Origin: an uncultured Acidaminobacter sp.
GTDB lineage: Bacteria > Bacillota > Clostridia > Peptostreptococcales > Acidaminobacteraceae
Direction of reading: 5' to 3'
NCBI GenBank assembly: GCA_963665925.1
Contig: OY762511.1
Location: 9,327 to 73,326 of the forward strand
DNA: 64,000 nucleotides
The notes under the pieces were generated by a model. The model saw nothing but the letters and a program-made list of their open reading frames with translations. It searched no databases and was not told the DNA's origin. The position numbers were made by a program, and so were the translations under genes. Positions 1-8,815 of this stretch are shown one piece after another; the first letter of the stretch is position 1; each line of letters opens with the position of its first letter.

Positions 1-87
1 ATGTTAATATGTTCGACTTGATTAGCCGTGATGGTGGTATTTTCCGTCAATGAGCGGTTTCAGACATCTAAGCGAACCTGTAGAATG

Positions 88-125
88 ACAAATCCCCGCC
101 GGTGTATTCACCAACAGGGATTTGT
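88..125 (-). terminator. 17-bp hairpin just downstream of tRNA-Arg
   Basis: Minus strand ACAAATCCCTGTTGGTG-AATA-CACCGGCGGGGATTTGT (with G-U pairs), 6 nt after the tRNA CCA; no clear U-tract. Confidence 0.5.
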
Positions 126-131
126 AATAAA

Positions 132-208
132 TGGTGCGCCGTAAGGGATTCGAACCCCTGACCTTCTGATTCGTAGTCAGACACTCTATCCAGCTGAGCT
201 AACGGCGC
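132..208 (-). tRNA. tRNA-Arg(ACG)
   Basis: Reverse complement GCGCCGTTAGCTCAGCTGGATAGAG...CT-ACG-AA...GGTTCGAATCC...GGCGCACCA; 77 nt, encoded CCA. Confidence 0.97.
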
Positions 209-300
209 AGGATCTATTTTATTAAAGACTTGGACGGTCAAATGGTATAAAACTCATCTGCCATACCAAATCTACTAGACGCTTTTTGAAAAAATCAAAA

Positions 301-376
301 TGGTGCCCAGAGGCGGAATCGAACCACCGACACGGGGATTTTCAGTCCCCTGCTCTACCGACTGAGCTATCTGGGC
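301..376 (-). tRNA. tRNA-Phe(GAA)
   Basis: Reverse complement GCCCAGATAGCTCAGTCGGTAGAG...CT-GAA-AA...GGTTCGATTCC...GGGCACCA; 76 nt. Confidence 0.97.
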
Positions 377-413
377 AAATAGCGTTTAGGCCCGTATTGA
401 CCGGACAAGAACT

Positions 414-442
414 ATTATAAGCACTTAGCAAATCCAAGTCAA
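414..442 (-). promoter_or_regulatory. sigmaA promoter for the tRNA pair
   Basis: Minus strand TTGACT-17 nt-TATAAT. Confidence 0.8.
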
Positions 443-543
443 CACCTTTTTAGGAAAAAAGTAGAAGTCTGAATTTTCACGCCGAGACTTTCCCTTGCAA
501 TAAGCCGATTGTTTTCAAATCAAAACATGGCCTTTCCCCTTAT

Positions 544-1422
544 TTACAGGGTGTCGTAAATGCTTTCCAGCTCTGCCTTGTCAAAATTATAGTAGGTATT
601 GCAGAAATGACAGTGGAGCTCAGCTTGACCATCTTCCTCAATAATTGATTTGAGTTCTTCTTTGCCGATACTGATGAGGGCACCTTCGATGCGTTCTCTT
701 GAACAGTCACATTTATACTCAACGTCCGAAACATCCGTAACGATGGTTTCAAACTGATTCAGTGCCATTTCGACGATTTCTTCGCCAGTCATGCCTTCCA
801 TGATCAGCTGGGATACCGGCAGAAGCACACGTACCGAAGTTTCTATCTTATCCAGAACTTCATCAGACGCATTCGGCAGGGGCTGAATGAAGATACCGCC
901 TGCTGCTGCAACCTTGGCACCATCCTTATCGAATGAAACCCCCAGAGAAATGACTGACGGCTGCTGCTCTGAAGTCATATAGTAGTATGCCAGGTCCTCT
1001 GCGATTTCACCACTGACGAGCTCTGCCTGTCCCACAAAGGGATCTTTCAGTCCAAGGTCTCTGATGACCGTGACATGACCACTTCCAAGCGAACCACCTA
1101 CATCAATTTTCCCATCTGCTCTGGCAGGCAGTACCGCATCCGGATTGCTCGTATAAGCCTTGACGTTTCCATTGTTCCACGCAACTGCGAGGATATTCTG
1201 AACAATACCATCCCCCTTGAAGCTCAAGGTCAGCTTGTCTGTATCGTTTTTCATCATCTTGCCCATAATGGATGCCGCTGTCAGCACGCGTCCCAGACCT
1301 GCTGTCGCAAGTGGTGTCGCCTTATGTCGCAGTCTAGCGTCTTCTACCATATCTGTTGTGATTGCCACATAAATACGTGTAGAATAATCCGATGTTACAC
1401 CTGAATATATTTTGCCCTTCAT
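544..1422 (-). CDS. hslO: Hsp33 redox-regulated chaperone
   Basis: 292 aa; GEIAEDLAYYY...SEQQPS and C-terminal zinc motif CDCS...CHFC. Confidence 0.95.
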   Translation of the reverse strand: MKGKIYSGVTSDYSTRIYVAITTDMVEDARLRHKATPLATAGLGRVLTAASIMGKMMKNDTDKLTLSFKGDGIVQNILAVAWNNGNVKAYTSNPDAVLPARADGKIDVGGSLGSGHVTVIRDLGLKDPFVGQAELVSGEIAEDLAYYYMTSEQQPSVISLGVSFDKDGAKVAAAGGIFIQPLPNASDEVLDKIETSVRVLLPVSQLIMEGMTGEEIVEMALNQFETIVTDVSDVEYKCDCSRERIEGALISIGKEELKSIIEEDGQAELHCHFCNTYYNFDKAELESIYDTL

Positions 1423-2189
1423 TCATTTCCTCCTGTTGAAGCTTTCTTTTTCAATATGAACAGAACCCGTTCGGAATCTGGCTTGGCTGTCTCATATGTG
1501 TCACCGTCCACACAGCCGACCAGGCTAAACGCCTCAGGCAGTGCCCCAGTGATTTCCTCTATGCTGTGCCCCTTGAGCAGATGCGATTCAAACTGACGTT
1601 CAAAGCTTTCATCGTCTTCCTTAAAGAAGAGGGTCATATCAAACTTGAGCACATGGTCCTCTGCACTGTAATCATTTTCCCATATGTAGGCCATATCGTC
1701 ATGAGACTCCGCAAAGGTATTCTGTCCAAGCGTGTTTTCCATTTTGTACCTGGTACTCATATCAAAGACAAAGAGTCCACCCGCTTTGAGGACCTTAGCC
1801 ACACTGGCGAAAAATGCCTCGAGATCCTCCGGCGTCATCAGATAGTTCACACCGTCAAAATAACTGATGACTGCGTCAAACTTGTCCCGTATTAGAATAC
1901 TGCGCATATCCATAAGAAGATACCGGACCTTCAGCCTCTTGTCCAGCGCCGTTTCCTGGGCATGAACAAGCATGTCTTCAGAAAGGTCAATACCTGTTAC
2001 CACATAGCCCTTCTCTGCCAGCCGGTTTGACATGGCGCCTGTACCGCAAGCGCAGTCGAGCAGTCTTACAGGCTTTGAGCCTGCATCTGCGAATATTTTT
2101 TCAAGCCCTTCAACCCAAGCATCATATGGAACATGATCCATTATATGATCGTAAACATAGGCCAGACCGGAGTATTTGTCCATCTTCAA
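1419..2189 (-). CDS. class I SAM-dependent methyltransferase
   Basis: LLDCACGTG motif I, GIDLSEDML; overlaps hslO start by 4 nt. Confidence 0.85.
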   Translation of the reverse strand: MKMDKYSGLAYVYDHIMDHVPYDAWVEGLEKIFADAGSKPVRLLDCACGTGAMSNRLAEKGYVVTGIDLSEDMLVHAQETALDKRLKVRYLLMDMRSILIRDKFDAVISYFDGVNYLMTPEDLEAFFASVAKVLKAGGLFVFDMSTRYKMENTLGQNTFAESHDDMAYIWENDYSAEDHVLKFDMTLFFKEDDESFERQFESHLLKGHSIEEITGALPEAFSLVGCVDGDTYETAKPDSERVLFILKKKASTGGNE

Positions 2190-2269
2190 AGCACTTCCTT
2201 ATCAATCAGGGTCTCAAAATCCCTCTTTAATACTTGTTTTAAACAGATATAGCTGTTTGCAAATATCAT

Positions 2270-3364
2270 CTATCCAGCATATGAAAGGTGCATATGCACA
2301 TACCAGAGGTAAATTGCCGCAACACCCAGCCAAGGCAAAAGCATATGCTTTACTGAATAGGCCTTGGCACTGTCGTTCCATAGCTGTTTACTACCTACTG
2401 CATTTAATCGCCTGAGCTCCTTGATGGTGTATGTGAACGTCTCCGGCAGTTCTGCTGGCGTCATATCCGCCCGCTTTACAGCAGTCACCGAACTATTATA
2501 TTTGCTCACAACCAAATAATCAACACCCCGGAGTCTAAATTCGGAATTCTCTTCAAAGGTATTGGTATCTTTTCTAAGTATTTTGAGAAGCTTCAATATC
2601 ACAATCCACAGGACTGCCGCCATGATCAGGAGGACTGCCAGACTTCCCAGCAAAGCGCTGGAATCGTTCAGCTGAGCCGATGTCAATTCCATAGACTCCG
2701 CATTTTCTGCCGCGACAGATCCCAAATATCCAGCGAGTACGGCAATACCATTATTGGCGGTATGGGCCAAAACGCCGGCAAATATTGAGTCCGTGAGCTG
2801 GACAATATAGCCGAACATGAGCCCCAGCACAATGGGGCCCAGCAAGTTTTGCATATTAAAATGAAACACACCAAATAGAACCGCTGAAATAATGACGCCC
2901 CATTTCCTGTTAATGCCTTTTTCAAATGCATTGAGCATCATGCCTCTGAAGAAAAACTCCTCGCAAATGCCTGCCGATATGGCAATCAGGAAAAAGTAGA
3001 GGCCCAGCTCGCCCGTTGTCGATGCAGTCGGTATGGGCGGAACAATCACCTTGTTTTGCAGGCTCAGCAGATAAATGGTCAAGGTGTTGGCAAAGGCCAC
3101 CGTCGGAATCAGAGCAGCAGCAATCAGTACAATGATGGCTGCCTGCTTCATTCTGATGCCTCTCAGCCTCAAGGCTTTCTTCATATCGATTTTGCCGCGC
3201 AGGCCTACAAGCAGCACAGGCAAGAGTACAAACACGTACTCCGTTATGAATATGCCGCTTTCAAATGATCTTTCCTGAACATAGGCGCCCGCGGTCATAA
3301 GCACAATTGCCATCACGAGATATGTCATGTTTGCTTCGAGTATAGAATAACTGTCCTTTTTCAC
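2270..3364 (-). CDS. CPBP (CAAX/Abi) family intramembrane metalloprotease
   Basis: Multi-TM protein with EEFFFRG, FGVFH and HTANN motifs. Confidence 0.88.
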   Translation of the reverse strand: MKKDSYSILEANMTYLVMAIVLMTAGAYVQERSFESGIFITEYVFVLLPVLLVGLRGKIDMKKALRLRGIRMKQAAIIVLIAAALIPTVAFANTLTIYLLSLQNKVIVPPIPTASTTGELGLYFFLIAISAGICEEFFFRGMMLNAFEKGINRKWGVIISAVLFGVFHFNMQNLLGPIVLGLMFGYIVQLTDSIFAGVLAHTANNGIAVLAGYLGSVAAENAESMELTSAQLNDSSALLGSLAVLLIMAAVLWIVILKLLKILRKDTNTFEENSEFRLRGVDYLVVSKYNSSVTAVKRADMTPAELPETFTYTIKELRRLNAVGSKQLWNDSAKAYSVKHMLLPWLGVAAIYLWYVHMHLSYAG

Positions 3365-3399
3365 AAGATCCCTCCATACAAAATGAAAGCTGCAAGGTC

Positions 3400-4563
3400 C
3401 TATTGTACCAAATACCCCTTCACAGTCAGAAGATTAACATATGCCTGAACGCCATTTAAAAGCGTTTCCTCATCAAAGTTGAACCGTGTATTGTGAAGCG
3501 GGAAAACAAAGCCTTTCTCTGTACTTCGGGTACCCACAAAGAAGAAAACGCCTGGAACCGCCTTTTGGAAATAGGAGAAATCCTCCGCTATCATTTGTGG
3601 GTCGATGATATCCGTAAAGGCACCATTTGCTTTCATGAAATCCTCTGTCAGCTTGCTGTCATTTACAACCGGTGGATACATTTTTCTGAGGTCCCATTCA
3701 ACGGAGCAGTCATAGGCAAGCTCAGTTGCACGACAATGCTTCTTGATGGTTTCGAAAATCTCGTCAAACAGGGTTTCGTTAAAGGCCCTTACCGTGCCTT
3801 CAAGACGCGCTTTTCCCGCAATGATGTTTCTACGCTCGCCGCCTTCCATTCTGCCGATTGTCAGTACAGCCGGTTCAATCGGACTGATTGTTCTGCTAAC
3901 AATGGTCTGCAATCTCCCAATCAGGTCTGCTGCAATGACAATGGCATCCACGCCTTTATGCGGCAGTGCGCCGTGTCCGCTCTTCCCGGTAATGTCGATA
4001 TCAAATTCTCCAGTTTGCGCCATCATGGCCCCTGGACGAACAGCAAGTCTACCTTCTTCAACCTCTGGATACAGATGCAGGCCGTAGATTTCTTCGACAC
4101 GGTACTTTTGTAGTACGCCATCTTCCACCATGACTGCCGCTCCGCCTGGTCCTTCTTCTGCAGGCTGGAAAATAAGCAGGATATTAGCCTTCAACATGTC
4201 TTTGTTCTCAGCAAGATGTTTGGCAAAAACCAACAGAGTGGCCATATGTCCATCGTGTCCGCAGCCATGCATGAACCCCTTGTTTTCCGACTGAAACGCA
4301 AGACCGGTTTCCTCTGTCATGCTCAGGGCGTCCATATCACTTCTGAAGGCAATCACGGGCAGGTTGTCATCCACTGCAATATAGCCAAGGACACCTGTTT
4401 GGGCAACACCCGTCTGAACCTGAATATCGTAGGTTTTTAAAGTGTCTGCAATATACTCAGCTGTTTTTTTCTCCTTGAAACCCGCTTCTGGTATTTTATG
4501 AAGTGCACGTCTATGTGCAGTAATCTCCTCTTTATATATTTGTATCTTACTGTCTATTTTCAT
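3400..4563 (-). CDS. M20D amidohydrolase, probable N-acetyldiaminopimelate deacetylase
   Basis: RSDMDAL, HGCGHDGH, FQPAEEG, AEDF motifs; divergent from asd-dapABH. Confidence 0.75.
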   Translation of the reverse strand: MKIDSKIQIYKEEITAHRRALHKIPEAGFKEKKTAEYIADTLKTYDIQVQTGVAQTGVLGYIAVDDNLPVIAFRSDMDALSMTEETGLAFQSENKGFMHGCGHDGHMATLLVFAKHLAENKDMLKANILLIFQPAEEGPGGAAVMVEDGVLQKYRVEEIYGLHLYPEVEEGRLAVRPGAMMAQTGEFDIDITGKSGHGALPHKGVDAIVIAADLIGRLQTIVSRTISPIEPAVLTIGRMEGGERRNIIAGKARLEGTVRAFNETLFDEIFETIKKHCRATELAYDCSVEWDLRKMYPPVVNDSKLTEDFMKANGAFTDIIDPQMIAEDFSYFQKAVPGVFFFVGTRSTEKGFVFPLHNTRFNFDEETLLNGVQAYVNLLTVKGYLVQ

Positions 4564-4900
4564 AAATTGACTCCTCTTCTGCTGATTCAGGCAAATGGCT
4601 TATTCATCACCTATTCCACGACTCTTGTTCCCAATATTATATAGCAATACGAAGCACCTATCAAACCGTCATAATCAGAATTATGCCAAAGTTTTCAGGT
4701 TAGCGGTTGATATGTCAATTGATTGATGTTAATATATTAGATAATTTAGGCGAAAGACACACCAGTCTGCAGTCTGAATCAACTTAATATTGATATGATG
4801 TCTTGCATTTGAGGGAATGTATCTTAGTTCGGTTCTACATTATTTACCGGAAAAAGACATGTCGAGTGACAGTATACTATCGCTTTGGAGGTTCATTCTT

Positions 4901-5896
4901 ATGAAAAAAGTCAACATTGCCATTGTTGGTGCAACTGGTAAGGTTGGTCGTACATTCTTGAAAGTTCTTGAAGAACGTGACTTTCCTTACGAAAATCTCT
5001 ATTGCTTTTCCTCTGCAAAATCTGCTGGCCAAGTTGTAACATGCAAGGGCCAGGAATATGTTGTAGAGGAACTGACAGAAAACTCGTTCGACCGTGACAT
5101 CGATATCGCTTTATTCTCTGCTGGTGGTAGCGTGAGCGAAAAATTCGCGCCTATCGCAGCTGAAAAAGGTGTTGTCGTGGTGGACAACAGCAGTACTTTC
5201 CGTATGGTTCCTGATATACCACTTGTGGTACCTGAGGTGAATCCAGAGGAAATCTTTAATCACAAAGGCATTATTGCCAACCCGAACTGCTCTACTATTC
5301 AAGCAATGGTTGCGCTTAAACCGCTTCAAGACGCATTTGGTCTCAAGCGGGTAGTCTACTCTACATACCAGGCTGTTTCAGGCTCTGGTGTAAAAGGTGT
5401 GAGAGACCTTGAAGAGGGACTGAAGGGCAATCAGCTTATGGAAGCGTATCCGCATCCGATTTCAAAAAACTGTTTGCCTCATATCGACGTTTTCATGGAT
5501 AACGGTTATACAAAAGAAGAAATGAAAATGATCAATGAGACAAAGAAGATTCTGAAGGACGACTCCATCAGAATTACAGCGACATGTGTTCGAGTGCCTA
5601 TTTTCGACAGCCACAGCGAATCAATCAACGTGGAATTTGAAAAGCCATTCGAGCTCGAAGAGGTTTACAAACTGTTTGAAGAGATGCCTGGCCTTGTGGT
5701 TCAGGACGATCCTGCCAACAACGTCTACCCGCTTGCAGATAATGCGGCTGGTCTTGACGAAGTTTTTGTAGGACGTATCCGTCGTGATGAGTCTGTCGAT
5801 AACGGTCTTAACTTCTGGTGCGTTGCTGATAACATCCGTAAAGGTGCTGCTACAAACGCAGTGCAAATTGCAGAAGTCCTCGTTGAAAAAATGTAA
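4901..5896 (+). CDS. asd: aspartate-semialdehyde dehydrogenase
   Basis: IVGATGKVG, ANPNCSTIQ, DNIRKGAATNAVQIAE; start set at the ATG after GGAGG. Confidence 0.97.
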   Translation: MKKVNIAIVGATGKVGRTFLKVLEERDFPYENLYCFSSAKSAGQVVTCKGQEYVVEELTENSFDRDIDIALFSAGGSVSEKFAPIAAEKGVVVVDNSSTFRMVPDIPLVVPEVNPEEIFNHKGIIANPNCSTIQAMVALKPLQDAFGLKRVVYSTYQAVSGSGVKGVRDLEEGLKGNQLMEAYPHPISKNCLPHIDVFMDNGYTKEEMKMINETKKILKDDSIRITATCVRVPIFDSHSESINVEFEKPFELEEVYKLFEEMPGLVVQDDPANNVYPLADNAAGLDEVFVGRIRRDESVDNGLNFWCVADNIRKGAATNAVQIAEVLVEKM

Positions 5897-5968
5897 TTTT
5901 TCAATTTGGGTGTGCTAAACTGATGTTATAAGTTTTTTTGAATGCATCAATTTTATTTATAATGGAGC

Positions 5969-6014
5969 AACTTGCATACCTGCTCTTTAGAGTGAGAAGA
6001 GCAGTATGCAAGTT
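5969..6014 (+). terminator. hairpin between asd and dapA
   Basis: AACTTGCATAC(C)TGCTCTT...AAGAGCAGTATGCAAGTT followed by a short T run. Confidence 0.55.
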
Positions 6015-6062
6015 TTCAACTTTAGCGTAAACAAAAGGCTAATAGTATGAAAGGGTGGGCAT

Positions 6063-6947
6063 ATGTCTATATTATTTAAAGGTTCAGGCGTTGCAGTCGT
6101 AACTCCGTTTACTGATGATAACCAGGTCAACTATGACAAGCTGGGAGAACTCCTGGATTGGCACATTGAAAATGGAACGGATGCAATCGTCATCGTCGGC
6201 ACCACTGGTGAAGCGCCGACACTTGAAGATGAAGAGCATCAGGAAGTCGTCAGATATACAGTTGAAAAAGTTGCAGGAAGAGTTCCTGTCATTGCAGGTA
6301 CGGGTTCAAACTCGACTTCCCACGCAATTATGATGAGCCAGCATGCAGAATCCGTTGGCGCAGATGGCGTACTCCTTGTAACGCCATATTACAACAAATC
6401 AACACAGCATGGATTAATTGCACATTTTGAGGCAATTGCTGACAGTATCAGCATTCCATGCGTTCTATACAATGTCCCTGGAAGAACAGGCATCAACATT
6501 GATGCTCCAACCGTAGCTGCTCTAGCTAAGCATCCAAACATTTGCGGTATTAAAGAAGCCAGCGGCAACATTTCGCTGGTGGCTGAAATTGCACGCGTCA
6601 TTCCGGAAGACTTCGGTCTTTGGTCTGGCAATGATGACATGATTGTTCCGCTTCTGTCCCTTGGAGGACATGGCGTTATTTCTGTTGTCGCCAACATTAT
6701 GCCTAAAGAAACGCATGATATGGTCATGAACTACCTTGATGGCAATGTCAACGAGGCAAGAAGACTTCAGCTTGATATGAAACCGCTTATAGACGCTCTT
6801 TTCTGTGAGACGAATCCGGTACCGGTTAAAGAAGCAATGAACATCATAGGCAAGGAAGTCGGTGCACTGAGACTGCCACTCGTTGGCATGCTTGAGCACA
6901 ATAAGGCACGCCTTGTAAAAGAACTCAAAGCAATGAATCTTGTTTAG
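6063..6947 (+). CDS. dapA: 4-hydroxy-tetrahydrodipicolinate synthase
   Basis: GTTGE, LYNVPGRTG, GIKEASG. Confidence 0.97.
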   Translation: MSILFKGSGVAVVTPFTDDNQVNYDKLGELLDWHIENGTDAIVIVGTTGEAPTLEDEEHQEVVRYTVEKVAGRVPVIAGTGSNSTSHAIMMSQHAESVGADGVLLVTPYYNKSTQHGLIAHFEAIADSISIPCVLYNVPGRTGINIDAPTVAALAKHPNICGIKEASGNISLVAEIARVIPEDFGLWSGNDDMIVPLLSLGGHGVISVVANIMPKETHDMVMNYLDGNVNEARRLQLDMKPLIDALFCETNPVPVKEAMNIIGKEVGALRLPLVGMLEHNKARLVKELKAMNLV

Positions 6948-6956
6948 GAGGACCGC

Positions 6957-7703
6957 ATGGTTAATATTATCTTGACAGGTTCAGGCGGCGCTATGGGCAA
7001 AACACTCGTGGAGCTCATTGGTCAAGCACCGGATTTGCAAATCAGTGCCGGTGTAGATAGGACCGTTCATCCACAATACGATTTTCCTCAGTATACGTCC
7101 TTTACTGAAGAAGTTAAGGGTGATGTCATTGTTGACTTCTCCCATTATACCTTTGTTCCTCAAATTCTTGATTTTGTGGAGCAATCAAAAATTCCTGCTG
7201 TAATCTGTACAACAGGCCTGACTGAAGAAATACTTGCACGTATTGATGTCCTTTCAGAAACGGCGCCCCTGTTCAGATCTGGCAACATGTCATTGGGCAT
7301 CAACCTGCTGATCAGCCTTGTAAAAAAGGCGACAGAGGTTCTTAGCGGCAGCTTTGATATGGAAATCATCGAGAAGCATCATAACAAAAAGGTAGACGCG
7401 CCAAGCGGCACTGCCAAGATGATTGCCGAAGCCATGCAGGAAGTCATTGAAAAGGATACACACTTCGTTTACGGACGCTCTGGAAACGAAGCGAAACGCA
7501 CTCCAGGAGAAATTGGCATTCACGCTGTTCGCGGCGGTACAATTGTTGGAGAGCACGATGTCATTTTCGCTGGCATCGATGAAATCATTGAAATACGCCA
7601 TACTGCTGCATCTAAGAAGGTGTTCGCCCAAGGCGCACTGGAAGCAGCACGTTTTATGAAAGGCCGTACATCTGGTCTATTCGATATGAACAACGTACTT
7701 TAG
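6957..7703 (+). CDS. dapB: 4-hydroxy-tetrahydrodipicolinate reductase
   Basis: EKHHNKKVDAPSGTA, RGGTIVGEH. Confidence 0.97.
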   Translation: MVNIILTGSGGAMGKTLVELIGQAPDLQISAGVDRTVHPQYDFPQYTSFTEEVKGDVIVDFSHYTFVPQILDFVEQSKIPAVICTTGLTEEILARIDVLSETAPLFRSGNMSLGINLLISLVKKATEVLSGSFDMEIIEKHHNKKVDAPSGTAKMIAEAMQEVIEKDTHFVYGRSGNEAKRTPGEIGIHAVRGGTIVGEHDVIFAGIDEIIEIRHTAASKKVFAQGALEAARFMKGRTSGLFDMNNVL

Positions 7704-7712
7704 GAGGAAAAA

Positions 7713-8429
7713 ATGTCACAGCAATATGATCTGACTAACCCATATGAAATCGCAAAATTTATCAAGGACGCTACTAAGAGTACACCTGTAAAAGCATACG
7801 TTAAAGGTGACTTAGAAGGTGTTGATACAAGCACTGTTCGTCTTTTTGGTCAAGGCAGCTTCTACGTCGTATTCGGCGAAGCAACAGATGTACTTGCCTT
7901 TGTTGAAGCAAATAAAGAGAAAATCGAAGACTACGAGCTGGAAAACGACCGTCGCAACTCGGCGATTCCACTACTTGATCTTAAGTATCAAAACGCACGC
8001 ATTGAGCCAGGTGCTATGATTAGAGACCGTGTTGCAATTGGCGACAATGCCGTTATCATGATGGGTGCGGTTATCAATATCGGTTCAGAAATCGGCGCTG
8101 GTACAATGATCGATATGAATGCGGTCCTTGGTGCAAGAGCAACAATTGGCAAGAATGCACATATTGGTGCAGGCGCTGTTATTGCAGGGGTTCTTGAGCC
8201 ACCATCAGCAACTCCGGTAATTGTTGAGGATGATGTTCTTGTCGGTGCGAACGCCGTTGTTCTCGAAGGTGTACGCATTGGTAAAGGTGCTGTTGTCGCA
8301 GCAGGCTCTATTGTTACTGAAGATGTTCCTGCCGGTGCAGTCGTAGCTGGCGCACCTGCTAAAGTCATCAAAATGGCTGATGCGAAAACGGCTGAAAAAA
8401 CAGAGATTCTGGACGACCTTCGCGGTTAA
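7713..8429 (+). CDS. dapH: tetrahydrodipicolinate N-acetyltransferase
   Basis: [18 protein letters not shown], hexapeptide repeats. Confidence 0.93.
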   Translation: MSQQYDLTNPYEIAKFIKDATKSTPVKAYVKGDLEGVDTSTVRLFGQGSFYVVFGEATDVLAFVEANKEKIEDYELENDRRNSAIPLLDLKYQNARIEPGAMIRDRVAIGDNAVIMMGAVINIGSEIGAGTMIDMNAVLGARATIGKNAHIGAGAVIAGVLEPPSATPVIVEDDVLVGANAVVLEGVRIGKGAVVAAGSIVTEDVPAGAVVAGAPAKVIKMADAKTAEKTEILDDLRG

Positions 8430-8483
8430 TTCCTATAAAAGAGTTTGACACCAGTCCTTCTCAAAACAGACTTACAAGTCAAC

Positions 8484-8529
8484 AAAGGGTGTTGCTTATG
8501 GCATATATGTCATAAGCAACGCCTTTTTT
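8484..8529 (+). terminator. intrinsic terminator of the dap operon
   Basis: AAAGGGTGTTGCTTATGGCA-TATA-TGTCATAAGCAACGCCTTT plus T run. Confidence 0.8.
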
Positions 8530-8614
8530 ATTTTCGAAAAAAGCCCCTTTCACAAAAAGTATTCAAGATTTACGACTATATTTCCAGCCTAATTAAAAAA
8601 TATCACATTTTCGG

Positions 8615-8643
8615 TTGACATTTACCCCTTTCGTGTGTACTGT
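8615..8643 (+). promoter_or_regulatory. candidate sigmaA promoter for pflBA
   Basis: TTGACA-17 nt-TACTGT with an extended TG. Confidence 0.55.
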
Positions 8644-8815
8644 ATATTGTATACAAAATGACTTTATGCAACAAATCAGGATTTTTATACATTTATGGGC
8701 GGTATACCTTACTCCGTTACCGCATGTAATAAATGCAAGGTGATTTTACTGTGACATGACGTTGCAATGAGTTTATACTTCACTATTTCTATTGATTCAT
8801 ATCAGGAGGTAAAAC

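Noticed and set aside
1-125. 6S RNA
   Set aside because: GAGCGGTTTCA resembles a 6S segment, but the 3' part folds on itself as a local 17-bp hairpin and the 5' part lies outside the window.
132-540. Genomic island integrated at the tRNA pair
   Set aside because: No integrase, att duplication or compositional shift; the neighbours are housekeeping genes.
4620-4900. Lysine riboswitch upstream of asd
   Set aside because: Some stems are present (ATGTCTT/AAGACAT, AATGTA/TACATT) but none of the conserved L-box motifs or a terminator were found.
8660-8815. ZMP/ZTP (pfl) riboswitch upstream of pflB
   Set aside because: The conserved GACTGGCG...GTGG...CCAC...CGCCTGGG pattern is absent.
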